Below, one piece after another: positions 35,812 to 46,354 of a stretch of 55,845 nt of DNA. Source of the DNA: Candidatus Saccharimonadia bacterium (GTDB taxonomy: Bacteria > Patescibacteriota > Saccharimonadia > UBA4664); contig JBBRSS010000007.1 in NCBI GenBank assembly GCA_038245115.1, positions 1 through 55,845 on the forward strand. Direction: 5' to 3'. A program made the translations under genes and the position numbers. Positions within the stretch are counted from its first letter, which is position 1, and each line of letters starts with the position of its first letter. A model generated the notes under the pieces. The model was not told where the DNA came from. It made no database searches and saw only the letters and a program-made list of their open reading frames with translations.

Positions 35812-36480
35812 TTGCTGAACGGCCTGTTATTGGTCGACAAACCTCTCGGCATTTCATCGTTTGACGTTATTCGAATATTGCGTCGCCAAACTGGTGTGCG
35901 CAAGATCGGTCATGCCGGAACGCTTGATCCTTTGGCAAGTGGCCTAATGTTGATGTTGTTTGGGACGGCATGTAAGCAGGCCGAAAAGCTGACGAAGTTT
36001 GATAAACGGTATAAAGCTCAAATTACGCTGGGTTCGAATAGCACTACCGGCGACGGCGAGGGCGAAAAGTTGGCTGTAAGCGAACGAGTTCCGACCCGCA
36101 CCGAGGTAGAGGCTGCGATCGCCCTGTTAACGGGCGAGATTACTCAGACTCCTTCAATGTACTCGGCAATTAAGATAAATGGCAAAGAAGCCTATAAACG
36201 TGCCAGGGCAGGGGAGACAGTGGTGATGCCGAGCCGGCAGGTGACGATTTACGAGAATGTTCTTATTAATTATGAATATCCGATTATTGAGCTTGAATCG
36301 AAAGTTTCGAGCGGCACTTACATTCGAACTCTCGCGGAAGATATTGGTAAGATTTTGGGAACCGGTGCGTATTTGATTGGCTTGGTACGAACAAATGTTA
36401 ATCAATACGAGTTGATTAAAGCCAGCCAGCTAGATGATCTGACGGCCGAAACTGCGGGTAAGGCAATGCTGGCGATCTAG
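35812..36480 (+). CDS. truB: tRNA pseudouridine(55) synthase
   Basis: DKP.G.SS, GHAGTLDPLA, YSAIK, GTYIR. Confidence 0.97.
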   Translation: MLNGLLLVDKPLGISSFDVIRILRRQTGVRKIGHAGTLDPLASGLMLMLFGTACKQAEKLTKFDKRYKAQITLGSNSTTGDGEGEKLAVSERVPTRTEVEAAIALLTGEITQTPSMYSAIKINGKEAYKRARAGETVVMPSRQVTIYENVLINYEYPIIELESKVSSGTYIRTLAEDIGKILGTGAYLIGLVRTNVNQYELIKASQLDDLTAETAGKAMLAI

Positions 36481-36633
36481 TGTATTGAACCGGCATAATT
36501 AAGTCATTGAAGGTAGGCAGTTTTATTAGCGTGGCTATTCTAAAGCTTCAATAGCTTGATTGAATATTTGGGCTAACCCTGGTCCCTCAGGTGCAAAGTG
36601 CGCCCGAGGGACCAGTTGGGTAGATGGAGCGGC

Positions 36634-37059
36634 TCATTGGTATACGAGCCTCAGTGCTGCTCCGCTTAGGAGCTCCGCGTCGGGGAACTGGATGGTCGCG
36701 ACTGCGGCATTTCGGGTGGACGAGAAGTCGTTTTGCGACCCGAAGATCTGACTGTCGGCTGTTACTAGCTCGGCCCTGAAATCGGCCGTTTTGAGCAGAG
36801 AGCCTGTTTTGGTGTCTTGCTCGATTACGCAGAGTGTGAGCTCAGCTGTCTTGCCGATGGTGAGTACGGCCAAGATTTGAAAATTCCCTGGCTTGGGGAA
36901 GACTCCAACCGGAGCGGCGCCTGGATTGGATGCTTCATCGATGGCGTAGCGGACGTCTTCCGGGGAGAAGTATCCTGCCCTCAATGCAGCATCGAGGAGC
37001 TGCTGGTCGTTGTCTCGATGGGCTGCGGGGGAATGCTGATGTAAGGGGTTGAGGTCCAT
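36634..37059 (-). CDS. Hypothetical protein
   Basis: AGGGAG RBS, AT-rich promoter region upstream, hairpin downstream. Confidence 0.55.
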   Translation of the reverse strand: MDLNPLHQHSPAAHRDNDQQLLDAALRAGYFSPEDVRYAIDEASNPGAAPVGVFPKPGNFQILAVLTIGKTAELTLCVIEQDTKTGSLLKTADFRAELVTADSQIFGSQNDFSSTRNAAVATIQFPDAELLSGAALRLVYQ

Positions 37060-37255
37060 CTTTGCACGTCTCCCTAGAAATGTTTGATGCCAACAGATAT
37101 GACAACATAGTAGTCATACTAATTATTAACGCATTAGTCAATAGCCGAAAATCCGAGCGTGGCTAATCAGCCAACCGTAAATATAGCGCTTACGGTGCGG
37201 TGAACAGGCCTAGGCTCTTGATTAGTGCGCTAGAAAGTGCTAGGATGCTTGAGTT

Positions 37256-37522
37256 ATGTTAAAGCCTGAATCCAAAACTAAGGTAATCACTGGGCTGCAA
37301 ACCCACAAGACTGACACCGGCTCGCCGGAGGTTCAGGTTGGGATCTTTACTGAGCAGATCAAGGAGCTTACTAAGCACCTTCAGACCCACAAGAAAGACG
37401 AGCACTCTCGTCGTGGTCTACTCAAAATGGTCAGCAAACGTCGTTCGATGCTCGACTATTTGAACAAGCGGGATCCTTCCCGCTACCAAGACGTAATCAA
37501 GAAACTTGAGCTACGCCGGTAG
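37256..37522 (+). CDS. rpsO: 30S ribosomal protein S15
   Basis: [20 protein letters not shown]. Confidence 0.98.
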   Translation: MLKPESKTKVITGLQTHKTDTGSPEVQVGIFTEQIKELTKHLQTHKKDEHSRRGLLKMVSKRRSMLDYLNKRDPSRYQDVIKKLELRR

Positions 37523-37685
37523 GTTTGTTCCGGCCAGACTAAGGTTTGGCTGTGGTATAATTGCACTTGCACTTCCAGGTTGTACAACAACGGCCAGCAG
37601 ATACGTGATAAGTGTCGGAGCTTTGGGATGAATTTTTTTAATCCCTTGTCCCTGGCACGTATGAGCTGTCTTCATGAGGAAAAAT

Positions 37686-39809
37686 ATGCAAGATATCATC
37701 CACCCTTTCGGGGGTAAGACTCAGCAATTTAAGACTGAGTTTGCTGGACGTGAGTTAACTATTGAAACCGGTAACATGGGCTTCTTAGCCGATGGCGCCG
37801 TAACGGTTCGTTATGGCGACACGGTTGTACTCGGTACCGCGGTAGTGAGCAATACGCCCCGACCGGGAATTGATTTTTTTCCGCTCTTGATTGATTACGA
37901 AGAGCGTTTTTATGCCACCGGCAAGATTTCCGGCAGCCGCTTTATTAAGCGCGAAGGCCGCGCTAGCGAACACGCAACTTTGGCTTGCAGATTGATCGAC
38001 CGTCCGATTCGTCCGCTATTCCCTAAGGGCTACCGCAACGATGTGCAGTCGGTGGCGATGGTGCTATCAGCCGATCTGGAATTTGCTCCGAACATTATCG
38101 CCATGACGGCGGTATCGACGGCGTTGATGCTTAGCGGCGCGCCATTTGAGGGCCCCGTGGCAGGTGTGCGCATCGGTTTGATTGACGACGAGCTGGTGGT
38201 ATTCCCGTCTGAGCAGGACATGGCCAATTCGAAGCTGGATCTGACCGTGGCCGGTACCAAAGACGCCATTATGATGGTAGAGGCCGGCGCCAACGAGGTC
38301 GACGAAGAGACCATGATTAAGGCGATTGAGCTGGCTCATAAGTCGATTCAGCCGTTGATTAAGCTGCAAGAAGAAGTGGTTAAGGCGCTGGGCTCCAAAG
38401 CGAAGACTTACGAATTGGTAACGGCCGACGAGGATCTGATTGTTGCCATTCAGCACTTCTTGGAAGGCAAGCTGGGGGCGGCGATTCGCCACCAGGATCA
38501 CTACGCTCGCCACGATGCCATTCGCAACCTAGAGGGCGAGGCGCTGGAGCACTTTGAAGAGAATTACGAGCGCTCGATTATTGAACTGGCTTTTCGCAAA
38601 GTGATTGACTACGAAATTCGCCGAGGCATTTTGGAAGAAGGGGCCCGACCGGACGGTCGTAAGACCGATGAAGTACGAGATATTTCCTCGACGGTTGGCT
38701 TGCTGCCTCGCACACACGGTTCGGCTTTGTTTACTCGCGGCAGTACTCAAGTACTGAACGTGACGACGCTGGCTTCTACGAGCTACGCGCAACTTATCGA
38801 TACGATGGAAGAGAACACCACTAAGCGCTACATGCACTACTACAACGCACCGGGATACTCGGGTGGCGAAGTGAGGCCGATGCGCAGCGCTGGTCGGCGC
38901 GAGATTGGCCACGGCGCTTTGGCGGAAAGGGCACTTCTGCCCGTGATTCCGACCGTGGAAGACTTTCCCTACACTATTCGCAGCGTGTCCGAAGTGCTCA
39001 GTCAGAACGGTTCGAGTTCGATGGCATCGGTGTGTGGTTCAACCTTGAGCCTGATGGACGCTGGTGTGCCGATTTTGAAGCCGGTTGCGGGAATCGCGAT
39101 GGGGCTGATTATTGATCACTCCAAGGGCGACGAGAATTATGTAATTTTGACTGATATTCAGGGTGCCGAGGACTTTGCCGGCGATATGGACTTTAAGGTG
39201 GCCGGAACCAAGGACGGTATTACCGCTTTGCAGATGGATATTAAGGTGAAGGGTATTACGCCCGACATTATGCGCAATGCATTGGCGCAGGCGCATGTTG
39301 GCCGCGACTTCATCATGGGCAGAATGATGGAAGTATTGGACGCTCCTCGCGCCGAGATGAGCCAGTACGCACCGCGAATTTCCAAGATTATGATTAGCCC
39401 CGATAAGATCAAGGACGTGATCGGCAAGGGCGGCGAGACGATTAACCGCATTATAGCCGAGACCGGCGTGGAGATTGATATTGAAGACTCCGGCTTGGTG
39501 ATGATTGCTTCGGTGGACGCCGATGGCGCCGAGCGGGCGATTGCGATCATTAAGGGTCTTACCGAGGACCCTGAAGTGGGGACGATTTACGAAGGTACAG
39601 TCGTGAAGCTGATGGAATTTGGCGCCTTTGTGAACGTAATGCCGGGCAAAGACGGTTTGGTGCATGTGTCGCAAATGAGCGACCAACGTGTTGAACGTGT
39701 CTCGGATGTGGTAAAGTTGGGTGACAAAGTGCGCGTTAAGCTCCTGGAGATTGACGGGCAAGGACGACTGAATTTGAGTATGAAAGCCGCTGTCAGCAAG
39801 AAAGACTAA
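37686..39809 (+). CDS. pnp: Polyribonucleotide nucleotidyltransferase
   Basis: RLIDRPIRPLFP, RREIGHG, SNG/SQNGSSSMASVC, DMDFKVAGT, KH and S1 domains. Confidence 0.98.
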   Translation: MQDIIHPFGGKTQQFKTEFAGRELTIETGNMGFLADGAVTVRYGDTVVLGTAVVSNTPRPGIDFFPLLIDYEERFYATGKISGSRFIKREGRASEHATLACRLIDRPIRPLFPKGYRNDVQSVAMVLSADLEFAPNIIAMTAVSTALMLSGAPFEGPVAGVRIGLIDDELVVFPSEQDMANSKLDLTVAGTKDAIMMVEAGANEVDEETMIKAIELAHKSIQPLIKLQEEVVKALGSKAKTYELVTADEDLIVAIQHFLEGKLGAAIRHQDHYARHDAIRNLEGEALEHFEENYERSIIELAFRKVIDYEIRRGILEEGARPDGRKTDEVRDISSTVGLLPRTHGSALFTRGSTQVLNVTTLASTSYAQLIDTMEENTTKRYMHYYNAPGYSGGEVRPMRSAGRREIGHGALAERALLPVIPTVEDFPYTIRSVSEVLSQNGSSSMASVCGSTLSLMDAGVPILKPVAGIAMGLIIDHSKGDENYVILTDIQGAEDFAGDMDFKVAGTKDGITALQMDIKVKGITPDIMRNALAQAHVGRDFIMGRMMEVLDAPRAEMSQYAPRISKIMISPDKIKDVIGKGGETINRIIAETGVEIDIEDSGLVMIASVDADGAERAIAIIKGLTEDPEVGTIYEGTVVKLMEFGAFVNVMPGKDGLVHVSQMSDQRVERVSDVVKLGDKVRVKLLEIDGQGRLNLSMKAAVSKKD

Positions 39810-39887
39810 AGGCTTTGGTGCGAGGCCTCTTGAACGAAAAAGGTTTGAGAGGCCGAAGGGCCACAGCAATTGGTATCAAAGACGAAT

Positions 39888-40466
39888 ATGCAGGATATCC
39901 AAATAGAGAAGCAGGCGCAACTCGACGAGATTGCTCGAGCTATTGAACAAGACGGTGTAACGCCGCAGCTGAGGGCAAAGGCGACACAATTGGTGTTCGG
40001 GGTGGGAAATCCGGAGGCGCAGCTGGTGTTTGTAGGCGAAGCACCAGGAAAGAATGAAGACCTGAAAGGGGAACCGTTTGTGGGTGCGGCGGGGAAGTTC
40101 CTGAATAAGATGCTGGCTTCAATTGACCTCGAGCGTTCGGACATTTACATTACCAATATCGTGAAGTATCGCCCGGGGGACAACCGCGACCCTACAGCCG
40201 AAGAAATAGCTGACTTTGTGCCGTATTTAAAACGTCAAATCGACGTGATACGACCCAAACTGGTAGTTTTCTTGGGACGGCACTCAGCAGGAGTGTTTTT
40301 CCCGGAGCTTAAGATCAGCCAAGCACATGGGCAGCCGGTAGAGCTAAGTGGACAGATGTACCTGCCGTTGTACCACCCCGCCGCCGCACTATATAACCCA
40401 CGGTTACGCGAGACGTTGCTTGAGGATTTTAGCCTGATACCGGCAATATTACAGACAATTTCTTAA
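39888..40466 (+). CDS. Uracil-DNA glycosylase, family 4
   Basis: GEAPG.NED..G.PFVG.AG, TN.VK.RP, YHPAA. Confidence 0.93.
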   Translation: MQDIQIEKQAQLDEIARAIEQDGVTPQLRAKATQLVFGVGNPEAQLVFVGEAPGKNEDLKGEPFVGAAGKFLNKMLASIDLERSDIYITNIVKYRPGDNRDPTAEEIADFVPYLKRQIDVIRPKLVVFLGRHSAGVFFPELKISQAHGQPVELSGQMYLPLYHPAAALYNPRLRETLLEDFSLIPAILQTIS

Positions 40467-40545
40467 TTATCGGAACGAATGTTCCGCCCTAACTTTAAAT
40501 AGTAAAAAAAGCTGCCAAACGGCAGCAGATATGAAAGGACCTTAA

Positions 40546-42828
40546 TTGGAACCAAATAATAATCAAAACAACCCTTCGAGCGAGAACCCTCCCGCGCGAG
40601 CAGAAAATAACCCTGTGGCGGGCAATGCGCCCGATCGGCTGAAGCCGCAAGTGCCGCGCGAACCGCGTTTGGAAGGTACCGGCCAACAGCCTGTGCGCCG
40701 AGATCAGCGGGCGCCTCAGGCGAGTCGCCAATCAATCGGGTATCAGCCTGGTGGACGTCCTGGTGGTCAGCCGCCACAGCAGCAAAACCGAGGCGGGCAA
40801 CCGCAGCGGCCAAATGCGAACGCAGCCAATGCGGGCTCGGGTCATACGGCCGCGCGTCCGAATGACGCCAGCACGCCTCAGGGTGGCGGCGCTAAGCCCC
40901 AGGGCGGCCAGCGCTCAGGCGGCGGTGGTGGCGGCGGTGGTGGTGGGCGAGGCAATCGCCGTCGAGGTGGCACGCAGGTGCCAAACCACGCCGATCTCGT
41001 GCCAGCACTGGACGCTATGCCGGTTAACAAGAGCTTGTTTAACGGCGCGGAGGGTAAGCAACAGACTAAGGCTAAGGGAGCGGGCCATTCCGCAGTAGCT
41101 CAGCCGCAGGGCAACCGCGGCGCGGCAAACCAAGCAACGCGGCAACCAACCTTGCGGATTATTCCGCTAGGCGGCCTGGGTGAAATTGGCAAGAATATGA
41201 CGGCCATTGAGTTTGAAAACGAAATTATTATTCTCGATATGGGCTTTGCGTTTCCGGACGCCAATCAGCCTGGCGTGGACTATATTCTGCCTGATGTGTC
41301 GTACTTGGAAAATAACCGTTACAAGGTGAAGGCGATCGTGATTACTCACGGCCACATGGACCACATTGGCGCGGCTGGCTATATGATTCCCAAGTTCCCC
41401 GTACCCATTTATGGTTCACGGCTGAGTCTGGGCATGGTGGCGAAGCAGATAGAAGAATTTAAGATTCAGACCCCGCGGTTTGTAGTAATGGATCCCGAAA
41501 AGCACGAACGCGTCCAGATTGGACAGTTCAACATTGAACTGGTGCGGGTAACCCATACCATTGCCGATTCGACGGCGGTGGTGGTGCGGACTCCGGCGGG
41601 TATCATCATTGACACTGGCGATTGGCGGCTAGATCCGAGTCCGCTTGACGGCAAAATGATGGACCTCGCGCGATTCAAGGAGCTCGGTGATGAAGGGGTG
41701 CTGCTGCTTATGAGCGACTCTACGAGTTGCGACAAAGTTGGTCGGGGTGGTAGTGAGCGCTTGGTGGAGCCGACGATTCACGACCTGTTTAGCCGGGCCG
41801 ATGGGCGGATTATTATCTCGACGTTTTCGAGTTCGATTACGCGGGTCCAGCTAATAATTGAGGCGACAGCCAAGGCTGGGCGCAAATTGGCGCTGGTGGG
41901 CCGCTCGATGCTATCAACCATTGAGTTGTGCGTGAAGATGGGCTATTTGCAGGTGCCACAGGGCTTGCTGATTCGGGTTCAGGATGCGGCGAATTATGGC
42001 GATGGCCAGGTAGTAATCCTGTGTACCGGCTCGCAGGGCGAGGACAACGCAGCATTGGCACGGATGAGCACCGGTGACCACCAGAGTGTAAAGATTAAGC
42101 CATCCGACACGGTAATATTTAGCTCGAGCGTGATTCCGGGTAACGAAGTGGCCATTGTGACCTTGATAGATAACTTGATGCGTGAAGGCGCCAATGTGTT
42201 TTCGCGGGCAACCGAGGCCTTGCGGGGTCACGGGCCGGTCCACGTGGGCGGGCACGCTTCACGCGACGATGTAGCTGAATTGGTTAACTTGGTCCGGCCG
42301 AAGTATTTTATGCCGATACATGGCGAGTTTCACCACTTAGTCTACAATGCCGAGGTGGCGACGGAGAATGGGGTTCCGCGCGAGAATTGCTTTGTGATGG
42401 ACAACGGCGACGTGCTGGAGCTCACTGCGACTTCGGCCAATAAGGGCGCGCGGGTTCCGGCCGGTATGGTAATGGTGGATGGATCCGGCGTGGGCGACGT
42501 GGAGGGTGTGGTGTTGCGGGACCGCATCGCCATGGGCGCCGACGGCGTATTCATGATCATTGCCACGGTGAGCCGCAAGACCGGTAAGTTAGTCTCGAGT
42601 CCCGATATTATCTCCCGCGGGTTCATCTATATGAAGGAGCACGAAGAGCTAATTAATAAGGCTCGGGCCGAAGTGCGCAAGTCGTTTGAGAAGCGCGCGG
42701 TCAGCGGAAATCCGAGCCGCGAGGATTGGGCCAAGTTCAAATTGCGCCTGCGAGACGATATTGGCGACATGTTGTATTCCAAGACTAAGCGTTCGCCAAT
42801 GGTGCTGCCGGTAATAAACGAAGTCTAA
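40546..42828 (+). CDS. rnj: Ribonuclease J with about 200-aa disordered N-terminus
   Basis: LGGLGEIGKNM, THGHMDHIG, DST, TGSQGE, PGNE, HV.GH, PIHGE. Confidence 0.97.
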   Translation: MEPNNNQNNPSSENPPARAENNPVAGNAPDRLKPQVPREPRLEGTGQQPVRRDQRAPQASRQSIGYQPGGRPGGQPPQQQNRGGQPQRPNANAANAGSGHTAARPNDASTPQGGGAKPQGGQRSGGGGGGGGGGRGNRRRGGTQVPNHADLVPALDAMPVNKSLFNGAEGKQQTKAKGAGHSAVAQPQGNRGAANQATRQPTLRIIPLGGLGEIGKNMTAIEFENEIIILDMGFAFPDANQPGVDYILPDVSYLENNRYKVKAIVITHGHMDHIGAAGYMIPKFPVPIYGSRLSLGMVAKQIEEFKIQTPRFVVMDPEKHERVQIGQFNIELVRVTHTIADSTAVVVRTPAGIIIDTGDWRLDPSPLDGKMMDLARFKELGDEGVLLLMSDSTSCDKVGRGGSERLVEPTIHDLFSRADGRIIISTFSSSITRVQLIIEATAKAGRKLALVGRSMLSTIELCVKMGYLQVPQGLLIRVQDAANYGDGQVVILCTGSQGEDNAALARMSTGDHQSVKIKPSDTVIFSSSVIPGNEVAIVTLIDNLMREGANVFSRATEALRGHGPVHVGGHASRDDVAELVNLVRPKYFMPIHGEFHHLVYNAEVATENGVPRENCFVMDNGDVLELTATSANKGARVPAGMVMVDGSGVGDVEGVVLRDRIAMGADGVFMIIATVSRKTGKLVSSPDIISRGFIYMKEHEELINKARAEVRKSFEKRAVSGNPSREDWAKFKLRLRDDIGDMLYSKTKRSPMVLPVINEV

Positions 42829-42853
42829 TAAGCGTCAGCCGAAGAGCTGAACT

Positions 42854-42902
42854 AAGCATAAACGGATTCGAACAAAAAATGTGTTCGAATCCGTTTATGC
42901 TT
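42854..42902. terminator. 21-bp perfect inverted repeat between rnj and ftsK
   Basis: AAGCATAAACGGATTCGAACA (42854-42874) / TGTTCGAATCCGTTTATGCTT (42882-42902). Confidence 0.55.
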
Positions 42903-42927
42903 GTGATCTGATATAATGCTTAACAAT

Positions 42928-45147
42928 ATGGCAGCAAAGAGATCTACGAAAAAGACTAGGCGAACTTCCGCTTCGACGCGCCGAACCAAAGCCAAGGCAC
43001 CGTCGCTGTCGACGGAAGCCAGGCGGGAGATTACGGCCGTGTTTTTGGGCGCCATGGCGCTGCTGCTGGGCTTTGCGGCGTTTAACTTTGGCGGTAGTTT
43101 GGTGACCTCAATGTTCCATTCTTTGCGGGTGGGAATGGGGTACTCAGCTTATTTGTTGCCGTTTATTTTTGGTTCTTTGGCTTGGATGCTGTTTCAGCCG
43201 ACGAAATACGCGGTGAACGGACTGAATTACGTTGGCTTTATTGGACTAATTAGTAGTGTGGCGGCGTTATTCCATATCAGCATTAGTTCGGCAGACGGCC
43301 AGTTGGCAGCCCAGAACGGCTACGGCGGCGGTTATTTGGGCTTATCTATTACAACTTGGATGTTAGGGGTGCTGAATGTGGTGGCCGCATCGATTGTGCT
43401 GATCGCGCTGATGGCGATATTCTTGATTTTGGCAACCAACACCAACCTCAAAGAGTTGTTCGGAGTAATTTTGGCTGGGTTTACGCGTGAAGGGAAGCCG
43501 GCGAACGAGATTGTTTCTGAGGTACGGCCCGAGATAGACCAGTTGAAGGTGAATAATAATTCGGGCGCGCCCGTAACGGTGTTGCCGATGCGGGGAGATC
43601 TAAACGTTGGCAGTATTAAGCCGCCGGTGGCGACGATGCCGGCGAAGGCAGACGAGCCAAAAGAGGCTTTGACCGCAAATTCCGAAGAGGCCTGGACGCC
43701 ACCGGGGCTAGAACTGCTGGAGTCCACTAGCAGCAGTGCCGATCCGGGCGACGTAAAGGCTAACGCGAGTACTATCCAGAAAACCATGGAGAGCTTCGGC
43801 ATCAACGTGAAGATGGGGGAGGTCAACGTGGGCCCAACGGTGACGCAATATACTTTCCTGCCACCGCCAGGGGTGAAACTCAATAAGATTACCGGGCTGG
43901 ATACTAACTTGGCGTTGAGCTTGGCGGCTCATCCGATTCGGATTGAAGCCCCGATTCCCGGTAAAAGCGCAGTGGGCGTGGAAATTCCGAATAAGGCAAT
44001 TGCTACCGTACGTCTGCGTGATGTGTTGAGTGCGCCCGAGATTACGTCTAAGAAAGCGCCGCTGACGTTTGTACTGGGTCGTGATGTGAGTGGTACGCCG
44101 ATGAGCGCCGATTTGGCAGCCATGCCGCACCTATTGATAGCTGGTGCGACAGGTTCGGGTAAGTCGGTGATGATTAACGCGCTACTAACGAGCCTACTGT
44201 ATCGCAATGCACCCGCCGATATGAAGTTGATCTTGGTAGATCCTAAGCGGGTGGAACTGGGATTGTACAATGACATTCCGCACCTGCTGACGCCGGTGAT
44301 CGTGGAGCCGGAGAAGTGTATTTCGGCGCTGAAGTGGGCGGTGGCTGAGATGGAGCGTCGGTATAAGTTGCTGGCCGATATGGGCAACCGTAATATCGTG
44401 GAGTATAACGGGGCACATAAGGGCGAGGCGATGCCGTATATCGTGATTGTGATCGATGAGTTGGCCGACTTGATGGTGTTGGCGGCGGCCGACGTGGAAA
44501 CCTTGATTGTGCGGTTGGCTCAGATGGCGCGGGCGGTGGGCATTCACCTGGTTCTGGCCACGCAGCGCCCGAGTGTGGATGTGATAACGGGTATTATTAA
44601 GGCCAATATTCCCGCGCGGCTCGCGTTTAGTGTGGCGAGCCAGATTGATTCCAGGACAATCTTGGACCAGATGGGGGCTGAAAAGTTGTTGGGCAAGGGC
44701 GATATGCTGTTTTCGAGCCCCGAGTACATTAAGCCAAGGCGTATCCAGGGTGTATTTATTGACGACAAAGAGACTAAGGCGCTGACAGACTACTTGCGTA
44801 GCGCTCGGAGTCCGCAGTACAACGATGCGGTTCTGCAGCAGAAGGTGTCGTATGGCGGGCGCAGTAGCGGCGGCGGTGATATTGGTGAGCCGGATGACGA
44901 TATGTTTGATGATGCCGCGGCGGCGGTGTTTGCAGCCGGTAAGGCATCGGCGAGTATGTTGCAGCGGCGATTGCGCGTGGGTTACGCTCGCGCGGCTCGA
45001 TTGCTTGATTTGCTCGAGGAGCGGGGGATTATCGGGCCGGCCGATGGCGCCCGGCCGCGCGATGTGTTGATTTCGAGCTTGGATCAGGTGAGGGCGGGGA
45101 GCGCATCGGCCGAGGTCATGCGGCCGGCGGAGCCTTTCGACGAGTAA
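42928..45147 (+). CDS. ftsK: DNA translocase FtsK/SpoIIIE
   Basis: N-terminal TMs, PHLLIAGATGSGKS, DELADLM, ATQRPS, gamma domain LQRRLRVGYARAARL. Confidence 0.98.
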   Translation: MAAKRSTKKTRRTSASTRRTKAKAPSLSTEARREITAVFLGAMALLLGFAAFNFGGSLVTSMFHSLRVGMGYSAYLLPFIFGSLAWMLFQPTKYAVNGLNYVGFIGLISSVAALFHISISSADGQLAAQNGYGGGYLGLSITTWMLGVLNVVAASIVLIALMAIFLILATNTNLKELFGVILAGFTREGKPANEIVSEVRPEIDQLKVNNNSGAPVTVLPMRGDLNVGSIKPPVATMPAKADEPKEALTANSEEAWTPPGLELLESTSSSADPGDVKANASTIQKTMESFGINVKMGEVNVGPTVTQYTFLPPPGVKLNKITGLDTNLALSLAAHPIRIEAPIPGKSAVGVEIPNKAIATVRLRDVLSAPEITSKKAPLTFVLGRDVSGTPMSADLAAMPHLLIAGATGSGKSVMINALLTSLLYRNAPADMKLILVDPKRVELGLYNDIPHLLTPVIVEPEKCISALKWAVAEMERRYKLLADMGNRNIVEYNGAHKGEAMPYIVIVIDELADLMVLAAADVETLIVRLAQMARAVGIHLVLATQRPSVDVITGIIKANIPARLAFSVASQIDSRTILDQMGAEKLLGKGDMLFSSPEYIKPRRIQGVFIDDKETKALTDYLRSARSPQYNDAVLQQKVSYGGRSSGGGDIGEPDDDMFDDAAAAVFAAGKASASMLQRRLRVGYARAARLLDLLEERGIIGPADGARPRDVLISSLDQVRAGSASAEVMRPAEPFDE

Positions 45148-45365
45148 GGGGAGTTCTTGGAGTAAGCCACTACGGGCGCGCCACATTCTTGCTCTCGAAC
45201 TCAGCCTCTTTGCTAGTTCATACGTTGTATTGTCGGGCGCTCGCTGCGAAGTGGCGCATCCCTGTCGCGGAGTCGGCCGATCGGGCGCCCACTTCGCCAT
45301 CGCACGGGTCAACTGCGGCGTTGGCCAAGCTCCAACTTAATTTAATTACACGTTAAGATGTATAT

Positions 45366-46325
45366 ATGCCAGATGATCCCAAACAAGTAAATGTCGGTCA
45401 GCAGCTCAAAGCTCGGCGCCAAGCACTGCGGCTGAGCTTGGCTCAGGTAGAGCTTGATACGAAGATTCGTGGGAAGTTTTTGACGGCGCTGGAAACGGGT
45501 GAGTACAAGAGTTTGCCCAATGATATTTATTCGCGGGGTTTTGTGCAGCACTATGCGAATCATTTGGGGCTGGATGGGGCCTTTGTGGCGGCACAGTATG
45601 TGGGTGAACGCGGCGGCATCGACCAGGCGAAGACTAAACGGCCGCAGATGGAGCGGGGTACACGGATTGTCTTAACCAGGCGCTGGATAGGAGTGCTGGG
45701 GGTGCTGGCAGTGGTTGCGGCTGTATTGTGGTATTTACTGTGGCAGTTTTCGGCTTTGGCGGCGGCACCTAAGCTGGTGATTACTTCGCCGGGTGCAGAC
45801 AGAGTACTGGCGGGCGCGGAGATAACCGTGGCTGGGCACACAACGCCCGGTGCGGATGTTAACGTGAATGATTCGCCGGTACTAACGGATACTGACGGCA
45901 ATTTTAGTGAAAAAGTGGCGCTACATGAGGGTATAAATACCATCAGGATTGTCTCAAAGAGCAAATTAGGTAAGTCGACCGGTGTGACCCGTAATGTGCT
46001 GGCTAAATTGCCGAAGCTGGATCCGGCGCAAGCCGTAGTACCGGCGGCGGTGTTTGATGGCGTGGCTGTAGCGGTGAGTGTAAAGGAGACGACTTCGGTG
46101 GTAGTAATTGTGGACGGCGGAGTGCCATGGAAGGCCACAGTATTGGCGGGGTGGAGTCAGGTGTTTACGGGCAAAACGGACGTGAATATTACGACCGGGA
46201 ATGCCGGGGCGACTAGTTTAGTGGTTACAAATGCGGTGGTAGCCGGCAAGAAATTGAGTCCCTTGGGCCAAGAAGGCGAAATTCGTCGTAACCAAGACTT
46301 TGCTAAGGGCACGGTTATTCCGTAA
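45366..46325 (+). CDS. RodZ-like HTH-TM protein with Ig-like and DUF4115-like domains
   Basis: G..LK..R...L.ALE.G.Y..LP..Y.RGF...YA..LGL, TM helix, C-terminal GNAGA. Confidence 0.85.
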   Translation: MPDDPKQVNVGQQLKARRQALRLSLAQVELDTKIRGKFLTALETGEYKSLPNDIYSRGFVQHYANHLGLDGAFVAAQYVGERGGIDQAKTKRPQMERGTRIVLTRRWIGVLGVLAVVAAVLWYLLWQFSALAAAPKLVITSPGADRVLAGAEITVAGHTTPGADVNVNDSPVLTDTDGNFSEKVALHEGINTIRIVSKSKLGKSTGVTRNVLAKLPKLDPAQAVVPAAVFDGVAVAVSVKETTSVVVIVDGGVPWKATVLAGWSQVFTGKTDVNITTGNAGATSLVVTNAVVAGKKLSPLGQEGEIRRNQDFAKGTVIP

Positions 46326-46354
46326 ACTAACACCCGTAAGGAAGGATAGTTATT

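Noticed and set aside
40918-40947. GGC/GGT trinucleotide run as a phase-variation tract
   Set aside because: An in-frame mixed-codon poly-Gly in a disordered region; length change would not switch expression.
42854-42902. Gram-positive LexA box (CGAAC-N4-GTTCG) upstream of ftsK
   Set aside because: The spacer is 9 nt, and the motif is part of a 21-bp stem better explained as a terminator.
44194-45312. Long antisense ORFs (this one, 39039-39869, 53130-53966, 19257-20003, 23934-24692 and similar)
   Set aside because: Shadow frames of well-supported GC-rich genes, with no motifs.
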